Positions 12,423-26,249 of a stretch of 64,000 nucleotides of DNA are shown here, piece by piece (position 1 is the stretch's first letter; every line of letters starts with the position of its first letter). The stretch is from the NCBI RefSeq assembly GCF_009914755.1, contig NC_060935.1; one strand, 5' to 3'. This DNA is from the human T2T-CHM13v2.0 reference genome, Homo sapiens. The translations under genes were made by a program, and so were the position numbers. The notes under the pieces were generated by a model. The model was not told the DNA's origin, did not search any database, and saw nothing but the letters and a program-made list of their open reading frames with translations.

Positions 12423-13284
12423 TTAGTGATCATTTGCTCCAAATTCATTTTACAGTGGTCAGTCACAAAGCCAAGCCGGGTTGCAGATTCCCAGCTTCTG
12501 AGGCAATGCTCTAGACATGAGTCAATTTTATACGCAGGAACAGTGCTTGTTATTCGAAGCATTTCAATGGAAAGTCCATGTATAAAGTGACTCATGAACT
12601 CTGCTTCCCTCTTCCGTTTCTCTTTTACATCAATCCAGACTCTTAAGTATGAGTTTTGGGTTCAGGTGGGCCATATTCATAGTTACCTGTGAAACATAGT
12701 CTGCATAACATTCGACTATGTGGGATAAAACCAACTGATCCTACTTTATTATGAAAATTTAAATGCTAGTTGCCATTACAATAGAATGTATGTGTATACA
12801 TAATATAAAATAGGGAATTATGTGCAGACTTGGAAAGCAACGACATCTCATGGCTTTCTTTATGGATTGTTTATCCTATTTAAGAACCTTCTATTTTAAT
12901 TCTGTGTGACCTGGCTAATTTTCTACTAGCTTGAAAATTCAGGCTCTGCCCCTTGCTTAATCCCTCTTCCTCCAGAGGCCAGGGCTGTAGTGGCCACCAG
13001 GAAGGCTTAGGATGACAGGACTCCAGGAGTGCCCTTGTCCCTGCTTGCCACCAGGAGTTCATGAGTACCACTGGCTGCTACTAGACCCTTCCATTGATGG
13101 AGTATTTCTTTGGGGAATGTTAAAGAAAGAGAAGTTAGTAGTTTCCACCAAATTTTTCTCCCCAGCAATGAAGCCAAATCCCTGAAAAGCTTCACCCAAC
13201 CTTGGCATTCCTAATTGTATGTAGCCTCTTTGATTCAGTACTCAAGCAAGGCCACCAAGGTACACACACATGCACATGCACAGA

Positions 13285-13785
13285 GTACTCTATGACTCAC
13301 TCCTGGGTATATGTCTTAGAGAAACTCACACAAGCGCACAAGGAGACATGCAGAGGAATGTCATAGCAGCATTTCTTGTAACAGTAAAAAAAAAAAAAAG
13401 AAAAAGAAACATGTAGATATACATCAACTGCATAGGACTGTGGCATATCCATACAATGGAATATCATACATCAGTGAAAAAGAAATAAACTGGAGCTGCA
13501 TGTGTCTGCACAGATGAAACTGAAATATTTAATGTTGAGTGAAAATAGTGTGATACAATTTAAATGAAGTTTAAAAACACTTTATGGAACTCAGGGCTTA
13601 CAGAGACATGTAATAAAAGTATGAGGGAATGCCTGGGATGATAAACCCCAAATCCAAGGTCATGGTCTTCTGAGTAAAGGGCACTGAGGGTACTTCAATT
13701 GTAGTTGTCAAGTTTTATTAAACATGGCAGTGGCTCATAAGTGCTTATCAGATGATTTCTTCTGCATTTTATATGCCAAAATATT
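13285..13785 (+). mobile_element. old L1M 3' fragment
   Basis: ctatgactcactcctgggtatatg...tgtggcatatccatacaatggaatatcatacatcagtgaaaaagaa. Confidence 0.7.
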
Positions 13786-13837
13786 AGGTAAAACGGAAAA
13801 AAAGAAAACACCAGGCAGCTGACCCTGTTGGAAATTT

Positions 13838-13843
13838 TTTATT
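13838..13843 (-). terminator. polyadenylation signal of SYT13 (distal)
   Basis: tttatt on + = AATAAA on -; a U-rich element follows on - (13790-13809). Confidence 0.75.
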
Positions 13844-15711
13844 TACCACTGCAAGGTTTTTGCTCCAAAGTGTCACACCAGACATATGACTACAATGTCT
13901 CATGCATCTTTTTGTGCTTTAGTTCATGACTGCAAAACACACACTTAGCATTTGACAACAGGAAACACAGAGGGCAGAAACAAATCACAAGGACTAGTTG
14001 GTTTAGGTTACAGCCACATTTTACCCAGGACTCCTTTACATCCAAGAGAAATGGACCCTGAATAACTGGTCTCCTAGCTGATTCTCTGTGCCCAGCTTTG
14101 TTTGGAGTGATTTGTCATTCAACCCACACAAAAAGTTGTATCTCAAATCAAAATGGACAGACATATGCAAGGTCTTAATCAATAAGTGCTCAACAAATAG
14201 ATATTGATTTGATGCAAGAGGTGGAGTCACAGATTAATGAGGGCAGACTCCCGATTTTCTATCCCCGTAGAAATCTCTGAAGAAAGAACCAGATCACCTT
14301 TTTGAGCAACAGTGCATTCTGAAATGGTCTCTCACCTTATTTTTACCTCTACCTCACACCCTTTTTAGAAATGCTCACTGGCATCACACAAGGTGTTCCT
14401 TTCGAAAATGATGAGATACTTCACACAGGCTCAGTTACTATAATTTGATAGTAAATTGGAAATGTTTCTGGTACAAGGTAAGCTGATGCAAAGACTACTG
14501 AAATATTTTTATTTGGCAGTTTGACATCTCTGGATAATTTAAAATTCACTAAGATGGAGTTTTAGTGGAAAAGCAGAGCAATTATATTCTCTTCATCTGT
14601 TGATTACATTTACATGGAGAGCAATGAGTTGTCATTAGGCAAATAGTAATACTCATTGTCATGAATTTCTAGCTTGACTGCTAAGACATCTGATGCCTTT
14701 ACCATTGAGAACTCAGCTAGGACTTTAATTTTTATGCCATTTGCAGTGTCTTTTTCTGCCTACTCTGCCAGCCACTCTTAATTCATTAATTCACTCAACA
14801 AATATATATGAATATATATGGAGCACCCATGAGACAGCTTTATCCCAGGCACTTAGAATACAGTGAACATAACAGACAACTCTCCTTCAAAATGTATCTC
14901 ATTTCTGTAATCCCTGCTAAGTGAGGTCAAGGCTGACATCTAAGATGTTCTGTGGCGGAACCTGGCCCCCATCAGGGGCAACCTTTAATTTGGATTCTGG
15001 AAGACTAAAACTTTGAGATCCCTCCCCCGCCCCGCCCCCCCCCCCCAAAAAAAGAAGAAGAAGAATGAAAGGATGCTTCATGACCAAATGATGATGGGTG
15101 GAGTTGATAATTCTGGGATCGGGGCCCCGCCCAGCCCACCTGAAATTCCTTTGATGGTACTATAAGGCAGCTGCACAGATTTATAAGGAGCCATGTTTCC
15201 TGATTTTTGGTCTAGAATCCAAATTTTCTAGATTGGAGTAGTAGATGTTACCAAGAAGAGAATGCTGGTCAGCTTTCAGCTTATAGGAAATGTTTTGTTT
15301 TCTTTTACCCACATCAACCAAAGAGAAGAAACCAGTATGGTGAAGAGATCTCTAAAACATTTCATAGGAAGCCACTAACAAGTGCTTTGCCTACACAACA
15401 CTTGGCAGGGGCTGGCCAACCTCAGTGATGAAGGTTTCCAATTATCCAAAAGACTTCTCATGAAAGAGGGATTCGATATTTTTTCTGTTTTTTCAGAGGA
15501 TGGTTAGAAGTTATTTCTAATGCTTTTCTATTTCTGTACAGAAAGAAAAAATAATGACCACAGGTTATAAGGCTCCTGCTCAGATTCTCAGGGAGAGGCC
15601 AAGTATGACTTGACTTGTTGAAGGAATGAAGCCCTTACCCATCTTGTCCAGAAATTCTGTCTTAGGGCAGTGGATTAGGGTGACATCTGAAGGCCCAGAG
15701 TTTTAATATTA

Positions 15712-16147
<436 letters not shown>

Positions 16148-16974
16148 TCAGAGTTTGTTTTTAGCCAGAGAGTGCCTACAGGTTTTGAACACTATTTCAT
16201 CTAGTATATCATTCATTGGGGTAGGCTTCCTAGTCATTAGTCCTATCTTATACAGCTGGCCAAACAGGTGCTGAAGGGCAATGTCAACAACAGAACCCAG
16301 GAATCCTGGTTCAGGTGTAAGTACCGTATCCACTCAGCAAGGCTCATAATTTAGATTTAATTAACAATGTGGACATCTGTTTAGAATAACAAGGTAGGAA
16401 TTCAAAACCTAGCTGCTGGTTATTTACCCATTCAAGTGAAAACAGACAGAGGGAGGCACAGTTGCAAAAGACCTGATTTCCTTTTTAAAATTGTCTTTCT
16501 TCTCTACCTACATGTAGCCAGATGTCATAGACTAAGTCAATAACTAAATTCCTCCTGAAGTGACTGGAACGCTGAGAAGGGACCGGTCTATCTCAGAGTC
16601 ACTTTGGTGATGCTGGTGGGTGTGACATCTAGCAATCAGAACCCAGCCAATGACTCACAGGAGATCCCACCTGTACTTTGTTAGGGATGGTCTCCCCAAG
16701 GATAATAGAAACTGATTTTAAGATAAAAACAATAAAATTCTTCAATAAAAAGCACAAAATTCAGTCCAAGAGCAGGGGGCTTATGAAATGCACAAATTAA
16801 AGTATTAAGAATTAAAATAATTAAATTAAAAAGCTGAGGCCCCAGATTTCACCCTGATGGTTGAGGTGTCCAGCATTGGAACTGGCTGCACCATGGTTTT
16901 GGGACTCCATCAAGGACTGTGGCCAAAAACCTGTGTGGAATATTGTAGAAGGAATTTCTCCACATACAGTGCTC

Positions 16975-17102
16975 CACCCTCTACATCAGCTTGTTAAAAA
17001 GGAAGGCTCCTGGGCTTCGACCAGGAATACCGACTAGGAATGTCTCCAGGCGAGCCCAGGAATCTGCTGGTGACTCTTCACATGCTAAAGTTTGAGAACT
17101 GC
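16975..17102. mobile_element. MER5A-like hAT-Charlie MITE fragment in the SYT13 3' UTR
   Basis: gcttgttaaaaa...gcccaggaatctgc...ggtgactctt...aaagtttgagaactgc. Confidence 0.6.
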
Positions 17103-17576
17103 CGGGTGACTGCCCTGCATGGTGAGCTTGATTGAACGCTGGCTAAGGTTTCTTTCCACCTGGGCAATCTCTAACTCTAGGAGTTGATCCAGGATACTTT
17201 CACTTCCTTCATCATTTTTGAAATGCTTGTTTTTCAAAAAGCCAAATTCTTCTTTGCATCCATGATTCCCACATTTAGCTTTCTCTGCATCTGGCCTAAC
17301 CCCACCTATAAAACAGGCATAGGAACTGTATTTAATAAGCACCTCCTTCAATAACACAGATGAGCAAAATGCATTCCTCAGTGTGACCCGCATATTCCAT
17401 TTCCTGCTCTGTCTTGCTTATTTCTAAGAAACAAGAGTATGATGAGAGAGCCATCCCAGCCTTGCAAACACATCTGTCACTGTCTTCTGGGTGTCAGAAT
17501 GAGGAAAGGGGCACAGAAAGGAGGTTGCAGAGGACGGGTCAGGGCTGTCCAAGAAGGGAGGCAGCTGGGCAGCTGG

Positions 17577-17881
17577 TTACAGGTGCAGCTGGTGCCACAT
17601 GGCAATCTGCCGGCGAGGGTTTTTGAGCATCTCCTCCCAGTGGCTGCGCTCAGAGCCCGAGGTGTGCAGGCCCAGGCTGCAGTGGCCAAGCGCACAGCTC
17701 TGCCCTGAATCGTCCTGGCCCAGCACTTCCAGCTCCACACTGGAGGCCTGCAGCAGGTCGTCAGGCAGCTCAAACATGATCATCTCGTTCCACACGGGGT
17801 TGATCTTGTGCTTAGCTCGTTTAGTCTGCTTCTTCTTCAGCTTCCGAGCCTGGTGCTTCAAGGTCACCTTGACAGAGACAT
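17577..17881 (-). CDS. SYT13: SYT13 exon 6 (C2B C-terminal part and stop)
   Basis: Acceptor cctccccAG|AT; (D)VSVKVTLKHQARKLKKKQTKRAKHKINPVWNEMIMF...AMWHQLHL*; 305 nt; completes a 1281-nt CDS. Confidence 0.97.
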
Positions 17882-19907
17882 CTGGGGAGGGGCAGAGGGG
17901 AAAAAGAGACAGAGAGAAGGGACAAGAGTGAGTTTCTGGGATCTGGCAGGGCCCAGGACAAAGCTCCCTCCTGGTGCTGGAAAGATGCTCAAGAGTTCGG
18001 ACATCTGTGCCCCATATACCCAAACATCTTAGAGGCCTCAGTTTTTCCTTCTGGATACCCCAGCACAGGTCCCAAGTCTATGTGACCATAGAAGGCTCTG
18101 CTATACCAGCAGGAAAGCATCCCACCCGGACAATCTATAACTCTAGGAGTCGATCCAGGATGCTTTCATTTCCTTGCATTGGGGATTATTCTCCACTCCC
18201 CCACTAGGCCATGCATTCATTCAACAAATATTAAGTGCCTACCCTATGGCAGGCACTGGTCTAGATGTGGGGATGCAGCAGAAGTTCTTGCCTCCATAGA
18301 ACTGACACTAAAGTGTAGGAAACGGCCAATACCATGATATAGAAGGCTGGCCACTGGGTGGCCTGTGACTGGGGCATGTTAGAGTACCAAGAGGGAACCA
18401 CCTTTGCTACATGACTTCACATCCTCACATCAAACCAGGTCCACGACAACAGCTCAGGGGTCCTGCAGCTGGATTTTAAACTCAGACCAGAAAAATGAAG
18501 CCAGCTCCCAACTCTTCATCCCCTTGATTCTTGGTGTAAGCATGTTTGTCTGTTATCAAAATAGGAGATCCCCTGCTGGTTGGTTGAGTTCTTCTCATCC
18601 GTACTTTTTAAAGTTTTATTTGAAGACCCCCAACTTCATGTGGAAGAGGGATGAAGGCAGACTGCCTGTTCCTGCACGCTCCCCCAAACCCAGGGCACTG
18701 CACCAAGAGAGCTGGCCCCAAGGAAATCCACAAACAGGTCACCAGGCGAGCTTTCATGTCACATCACAAGGCTGGACTGGATTACTTAGTCAATGTTTCC
18801 AAAGCTAATGTGAGAATAATTGTTACTTTGTATTTATTGCTGTAATTATCACCTCTGGGAGGTTAGTTTGTTATTTCTACAGAGAGAGTTGAGAGACGAA
18901 GTGTTGTACTGTAATTGTCCTGACAGGAGCTATAAAAGAGAGCAAGAAGCAAAGAATTGTCTAAAGGGAATGAGATAAAAGCATTGAACTTTGACCTTTG
19001 ACTCAGGAACCTGCCAGCAAGACCAACTCTTCTGATTCCATTAGCCCCAAGTCTTTTGCTCGAAATTCAGAATGCAGTGGCAATTCTTTATTTGTACCCT
19101 GCTATAAATAGAGACTTATTTATATCTTGCTAGGTGCATGTGGCTTCCAGTCCAGGTATTATCTGGCTAGCTGAGGATGCTTTCCTGCTCATATAGGAGA
19201 GCTTGTTTTGGTCTCCGAGATGCTGGACCTGGGCTGGGGTATCCAGAAGGAAAAACTGAGGCTTCCAGGGTGTTGCAGAAAAGCTTATTTGGGTATATGG
19301 GGCACAGACGCCTGAAGCCTCAGGCCTCAGCCCATGTACCCACACACCTTCTGCCATCACCCACACTCAGCTGGTGTGAGGGTGGCAGTTGGCAAAGGCT
19401 GAGAAGAGAGAAGAGACTGGGGTGGGTGGCAGGAGTGCAGTGGTGGTGAGTTCAGACAGGAGGGGAATAACCTGGCCTTCCTGACATCTGCCTGAAAGGT
19501 GGGTCCAGCCAGGTGTGGGTGACAAGGGCTGGGCCAAGTTTTCCCGACAGCCCAGGCCCTTCACTCCACGGCTATAGTCTGACCCTTGGCTTCTTGTGCT
19601 CTGTGGTTAGGGCTGATGGTTCTCATAGTGGATCTCCAAGGTAGGGAACCCCAGGTAGCTCACACTGGGGTCCTAATGGATGGGATTGGTCCAAGAGTAA
19701 ATGGATGGGAACTCATAGAAGTGAGTGTGTCCTCGAAAATCAATTTGTGAACTTAGGGTGAAGAACACCGCTGAGCATGGCTCCGTAGATGTGCTCATAT
19801 TCCACCTCCCTGCTTACCTGTGACCATTTCCTCCCAGGCACCACCTCCCTCAGCACACACTCCCGGTAGCTGGAGGGGCCTTGGCCATCCTCTCACATCT
19901 CACTCAC

Positions 19908-20037
19908 CCTTCCCCAGGAGCTCCTTGGACTGGTTAGAGTGGAGGTTCTTGGCTTTAATCAGCACCACCAGGAGGCGGTTGGCAGCCGGGAGGTAGCTGA
20001 TGGATAGTAGGACCTCTCCAGCTCCTGCAGATGGCTC
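19908..20037 (-). CDS. SYT13: SYT13 exon 5 (start of C2B)
   Basis: Acceptor ttttctgtttcAG; EPSAGAGEVLLSISYLPAANRLLVVLIKAKNLHSNQSKELLGK; donor G|GTGAGT; 130 nt. Confidence 0.96.
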
Positions 20038-22536
20038 CTGAAACAGAAAAGGAGATGCAGGAGGGGAGTCTCACCTGGGGACGCCTTCCAACCCATCAAC
20101 AAATGCTGAAGCTGGAACCATGCTGGATTTGCATCCAACACGCATCCTTGAAACCATTTACCCGTCAATGCTGGGGTGTCCACCCTTGCAGAAGAGAGCA
20201 AGGCACAGAGGAATTCCATGCGGCATGCGCTTCAATAGCAGTTTCTTTGTTTGCCTCAAAATGTGATTTTTCATATACCATATACTCAAATCCAACATAC
20301 AAAACAGAACAAAGAAAGGCTACTCAGAATGCAGCAGCGGGGAGGAGGCCAGAATTCCCCATTACCCTTCACCTTCTGCCACCCCCAAGCTCCTGGGACA
20401 CCTCTGTCCTCTAGGGCCTCAGAGAACAGTTTCAGAATCCCTGCATGGACCCATCAGGTTCCTGGGGCAGCGGGAGAATTGTAATTCATTACTATGTTTG
20501 AAAAGATAGTTCTTTCCAGCTCCAGGAGGTTGCTTCATCAACAGAATGACAAGTAATGTCAATGAAGTGCTGGGGTGTATGATGGTAGATCATGCCCAGA
20601 GGCAACTGGCAATAACCACACCTTGAAGGAGGTGCTGATGCCCCTGTGAGGCATCCAAACAAACACATCTATCCCTGCACGCAGCTTTAGAGTAACTCTC
20701 CTGAAATTCGTACAGGAGTTTATTTGGAATTTCAACAAATCCGTCAAGGGACAAGAATGACCGAAAGACCCCTCCTAGGAGGTGGGTGTTTGGTTGCAAT
20801 CCAAGCTCTGGGGAGACCTGGCAGGAAAGAGAAGGGAGTGTGTGGGCAGGGATCAGCTGAAGGTCAGAAGTCTCCTCTGTTGAGCAGGAAGAAGATGCCC
20901 TTCCCTCGAAATCCCAAGGAAGAGGCAGATGTGTGGCCTGCTGTGCCAAGATGGAGTGGGGAGTGGGAGTGGGGGAAGGCCCCATGGAAGCTTGTCCCTC
21001 CAGATGTCACAGCTTTCAGTCCTGTGGCCCTTCCCTCCAGCTTTGTCCCTCTTTCCCAGCTGTGCAATGAGGGTAATTCAATGAGGTCTGGTACCAGGCT
21101 GGAGCCCTGGCTAACAGCCACCGTGACTCCCTAAGCTTCCTCCCCTTCTGTCACACCCAGGATGTCTGTTCATCCATCCTGGACCAGGCACTCAGAAGGG
21201 TTGAAATCGGTTTTTCTTTGCTCACTGTGGCCTCTAGTGGATTCATTCATTCAGCAAGCATATGCAATGCACCTACTATATTCCAGATGCCATAATTAAA
21301 GCCATGAACTAAACAGAATCAGTCTCAAAGAAGCTTGCAGTCACATGGGGAAGACAGAAAGGAAGTGATTAAATATATAACATCGGGCAGCATTAAATGC
21401 TATGAAGAAATATAGATATCAGAGGATGAAGTGAGAAAATGCATATAGCAAGTTCTTAGTAAAGGTCATAAATTACAATTCTAATGACAACAGTCAAAAC
21501 AACAATTATTAATAACCCAGAATAAGAGTAATGCTGAGAGCATAGACTCTAAACCAGATTAACTGTGTCTGAGTTCCAATCCTACCATTTACTACCTCTA
21601 TGACCTTGGGTAAGTTACTTAACTTTTCTAAGCCTCCATTTCTGCATGACCCCAATGATTCCACAAGTCTTGAGGGACTGGTCATATGAAGAAATGATTT
21701 GGGAGCCTCAAAGGATCTTGGCAATGAAATGAATGGTAGCAGCTAACATTTATTAAACACTGTGTGTGAAGTGCAATTACATTGTCCATCCCACTAGAAA
21801 GTAAGCTCCACTGTGGCCTCCATTCACACTATGCAACTCCAGCACCTGGGACACAGTGGGCACACAATAAACATTTGTGAAAAAAGGGTAACACATTCCA
21901 TTTATAATCTTGATGACAACCTCAAGAGGGCTACTGATTTTGTTCCCATTTTAAGCACAAGAACCTCAGATTCAGAAAGGGAACATCATTGCCAGAGGTC
22001 ATGTAGGCAGGAAGTGGCAAAACCAAGCCTTGGAAAGGAGGTCCAGTCTGACAGCAAAACTTAAGTCCTGAATCCATGGCTCTCCAGCTTTCTCAGTTGA
22101 CAGCCCTCCCTAACCCTCTCATTTCACAGTGAAGGAACTGAGGCCCAGGGACTTGTACCAGGCACCCAGAGAGGTGACTGCAGAGTTGGGATGGGCACCA
22201 GCCTCCTGGCTCATCACCGATTATTAGAGGGCCACAGGTAGCCCGGGCTATAGCCACAGGGTTACCAGACTTGAGTCCTCTGCTACCTACAGACCAGGTG
22301 AGAGGAGTCAGCACCTGTCAGCCTCTGCAGGGCTTTTCACTTTTGCATAGGGTGAGGTCTAACTAGCCTAGCCGGCTGCACCATAGCCAGACAATTTCAA
22401 CACCTGCTCCCTGGGCACTGCTGCTGAAAGTACCTGCAGACTAAAGTAATCCTTTCTTTCTTCTTCCTTTCCCTGGTTTTCCCTGCCCCTCTCTTTCTCT
22501 CAGGTCTTAGTGAACCATGCAAGACTACCCTTGGAG

Positions 22537-23430
22537 GCTAATATCCAGAATCTACAAAGAAATTAAACAAATTTACAAGAAAAAAACAAACAGCCCCATC
22601 AAAAAGTGGGCAAAGGATATGAACAGACACTTCTCAAAAGAAGACATTTATGCAGCCAACAGACATATGAAAAAATGCTCATCATCACTGCTTATCAGAG
22701 AAATGCAAATCAAAACCACAATGAGATACCATCTCACGCCAGTTAGAATGGCGATCATTAAAGTCAGGAAACAACAGAAGCTGGAGAGGATGTGGAGAAA
22801 AAGGAATGCTTTTACACTGTTGGTGGGACTGTAAACTAGTTCAACCATTGTGGAAGACAGTGTGGCAATTCCTCAAGGATCTAGAACTAGAAATACCATT
22901 TGACCCAGCCATCCCATTACTGGGTATATACCCAAAGGATTATAAATCATGCTACTATAAAGACACATACACACATATGTTTATTGCAGCACTATTCACA
23001 ATAGCAGACTTGGAACCAACCCAAATGTCCATCAATGATAGACTGAATAAAGAATATGTGGCCCATATACAGCACGGAATACTATGCAGCCATAAAAAAG
23101 GAATGAGATCATGTCCTTTGCAGGGATATGGATGAAGCTGGAAACTATCATTCTCAGCAAACTAATACAGGAACTGAAAACCAAACACCACATGTTCTCA
23201 CTCTTAGGTGGGAATTGAACAATGAGATCACTTGGACACAGGGAGGGGAACATCACACACCAGGGCATGTCAGGGGTGGGGGCCTGGGGGAGGGATAGCA
23301 TTAGGAGAAATACCTAATGTAGATGACTAGTTGATGAGCGCAGCAAACCAACATGGCACATGTGTACCTATGTAACAAACCTACACGTTCTGCACATGTA
23401 TCCTAGAACTTAAAATATAATAATAATAAT
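22537..23430 (+). mobile_element. 5'-truncated L1PA (L1PA7/8-like): ORF2 end, 3' UTR and tail
   Basis: ORF2 C-terminal peptide (ISRIYKE...[13 protein letters not shown]) and L1 3' UTR; target-site duplication aagactacccttggag (22521-22536) / aagactgctcttggag (23433-23448). Confidence 0.95.
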
Positions 23431-24631
23431 CAAAGACTGCTCTTGGAGTGGATTGCCCTGTGAGTCACTCTTGATGCACATGGCACTTTTGGCTGAGTAT
23501 CTTCCAGCTAGAACTGGGCACCGTGGGCAAGTCTGTTAACCCATCTGGCCTAGAGAAGAAAAACATCTGGGCTGCAATGACTGAGGGCTCCACTCACCTT
23601 GTTCAAATCAGCCCACACCCTCTAGCTGGGGCGAGGGGCTGCCTGGCCTGGACTTCCAGCTTTCTCCTGCCCTATACACCCAGAAAGTCACCTCCTACTT
23701 CTGACTCCATGCCACCCTCTGAGGTTGTTCACATTTGTAGTAAACAGGTCAGTGATCAAAGTGGTTGTGAGTACATATTTGCAGAACAGAAACAGCTACA
23801 GAAAGTATGATAATTATTAGGATGGATGAGCTGCAAGGTCAGGGCTTCATCTTAATTACTGTTGCTATGTCCCCAGCTCTTGGCACAGCGCCTGGCACAT
23901 GGTAGAAACTGGGCAAGGTATTTGCAGAATGAATGAATGAGTGAATGATGGCTGCTCTTCTAGAGGGCAGTGAGAGAAGCTGCTAGGTGCCTGAGACTTC
24001 TGCCTAGATTGGCTGGATTTCTGCCCTTTGGGGCTGTACCAAGTCTCAGAGCCCAGCAGGGGAGTCTCTGCATCTCGAGAGAAAGCTAGTTTACTAGTTT
24101 AATAATCCTAAGTATTGATGCCTTCTCCCAGGATCCCCATCTGTGATTCCACAGAAGTCCCAAATCACACACTAATTAGAGAGTGGGCTTTGGAACAGCT
24201 GAGTTCCATCTGAGAGTGGCTGTGATTTTTCTAACAATTTTCTGAGCCTGGGAAAGAGGAAAAAATGGAGCAAGGAGGAAATCATAGCAAAAAGAGGAGC
24301 AGACAGCGGGTGAAACGTACTCTTCCCTCCTGCAGTCTGGGTGTCTATTAGGAAAGGTGCCTGCTGGTCACACCTCATATTTGTCAGGTGGCTTTCATGG
24401 CAGGTAATGAGATAGCACAGGATTTCGAGTCAGACCAACCCGGCCTCAAGGTCTGCCATTTCCTGGCTGTGGGACCCTGTGTGGATTCCTGAACTGCTAT
24501 GACCCTGTTTCCTCATCTGTAAGGGGGATAGTCATGGTGTCTCTCTCATCTGGTTGATTTGGAGAGTGGCAGCACTCAGGTAGAGTCCTAAGCATAGTAA
24601 CTGATGGTGAGCATTAAAAAATAGTACCCTT

Positions 24632-25050
<419 letters not shown>

Positions 25051-25947
25051 TTAGATCAGTATAGCACTGCCGATCTGGTTGAGAGACTAGTCACCCAGAA
25101 GGTTTCCTCAAGGAACCACAGTGCAGGCCCTTAGATGAGCTTTGACCCAGGGGCCTAAGTAACTACATACCATCTTGTAGCCCTGACCTTCCCAGATCCC
25201 CTTGCTGTCCTGGCGCATGGGAAACAATGATTTTCTCCCCAAGGGTCCCCTCTCTTGAGGGCTGTGGCATCTCAGAAGACCCTTCTTTCCCACTTGTGGC
25301 CCCCCAACAGCAGATATGGGGAAATCATCTTGAGTCTGGGGATTGCATGGACCACCGGGCTCTGGGCCTGCCCCCAGCCCTGATTGCTCCTTCAGAGCCT
25401 AGCACACGGGGCCTTCTAGAATTCTTTATCAGAGCACATTGGTTAGGTCTCTCTTACATGGCTCAGGGTGGAACACATCAAATATCATCATCATTTGTCT
25501 GTGCCAATTTGTCCCCTAGTCTGTACACTCCTGAGTGGTGGGGCTCCACCCTTCATGCTCACCTACACAAACGGAGGAAGGTAGAGTGTCCTGCAGTGTC
25601 TGCCACATCGTAGGAGCACACAGAGTATAACTGGATTGAAATGGGGACAGTACTTCATAGCAGTAAAGGTAATACACACAGCATGGCATTTTCCATGACG
25701 GCAGAGAGAGTCTTTGCATGGCAAGTTAGAGCCAAGACTAGGAGCAGACACTAGGAATCCCAGATCCTGGGCTATGGGTCTCCTCTAGCCCTCTGCCCCA
25801 TTCAAGATTCCAACCTCCCTTCCAGCCCCAAGCCAGGGAGGTCTCTGAGGCTTGTTCCCTAAGACTGAGTTGCTGGGAGGACACCAGGTTCTGCCATCCC
25901 ATGCTGCACGGGCAGGTTTTACCTTTCTAACCCAGGGGTTACCCTAC

Positions 25948-26249
25948 CTTCGCTGAAGTCTTCAGCTCGCCCCACTGGGCAGCCCCTAGAGGCACAGATG
26001 TCCCGTCCAGGCCCAGGCGGAGCTCCCCGGCCACGCTGTGACGGGAGAAGCGGTCGCAGGTCCTCAAGGTCAGCGTCAGGGTGGCTGTGGGGAGCTCCTC
26101 CTCCGCCAGGGGGAGCACCAGGCCCTCCTCCCAGGTGGTGTGCAGCTGCCGCTTCTTTAGGGCTGTCTGAGCCTCCACAGAGCCGGTCCTATTGGCCACA
26201 CTCCCTTGGACGTAGCAGTCACAGCCTCCGTCGTGGTTGCTGGTCACAG
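25948..26249 (-). CDS. SYT13: SYT13 exon 4 (C2A)
   Basis: Acceptor cttgcctgcAG; (A)VTSNHDGGCDCYVQGSV...TCDRFSRHSVAGELRL...QWGELKTSAK; donor AAG|GTAGGG; 302 nt. Confidence 0.97.

Noticed and set aside
16731-16749. Two AATAAA hexamers on the + strand within the SYT13 3' UTR
   Set aside because: AT-rich context and far beyond the likely PRDM11 poly(A) site; no support for overlapping transcripts.
22517-23135. ORFs with L1 ORF2 C-terminal similarity
   Set aside because: Frameshifted remnants of a 5'-truncated L1, not a gene.
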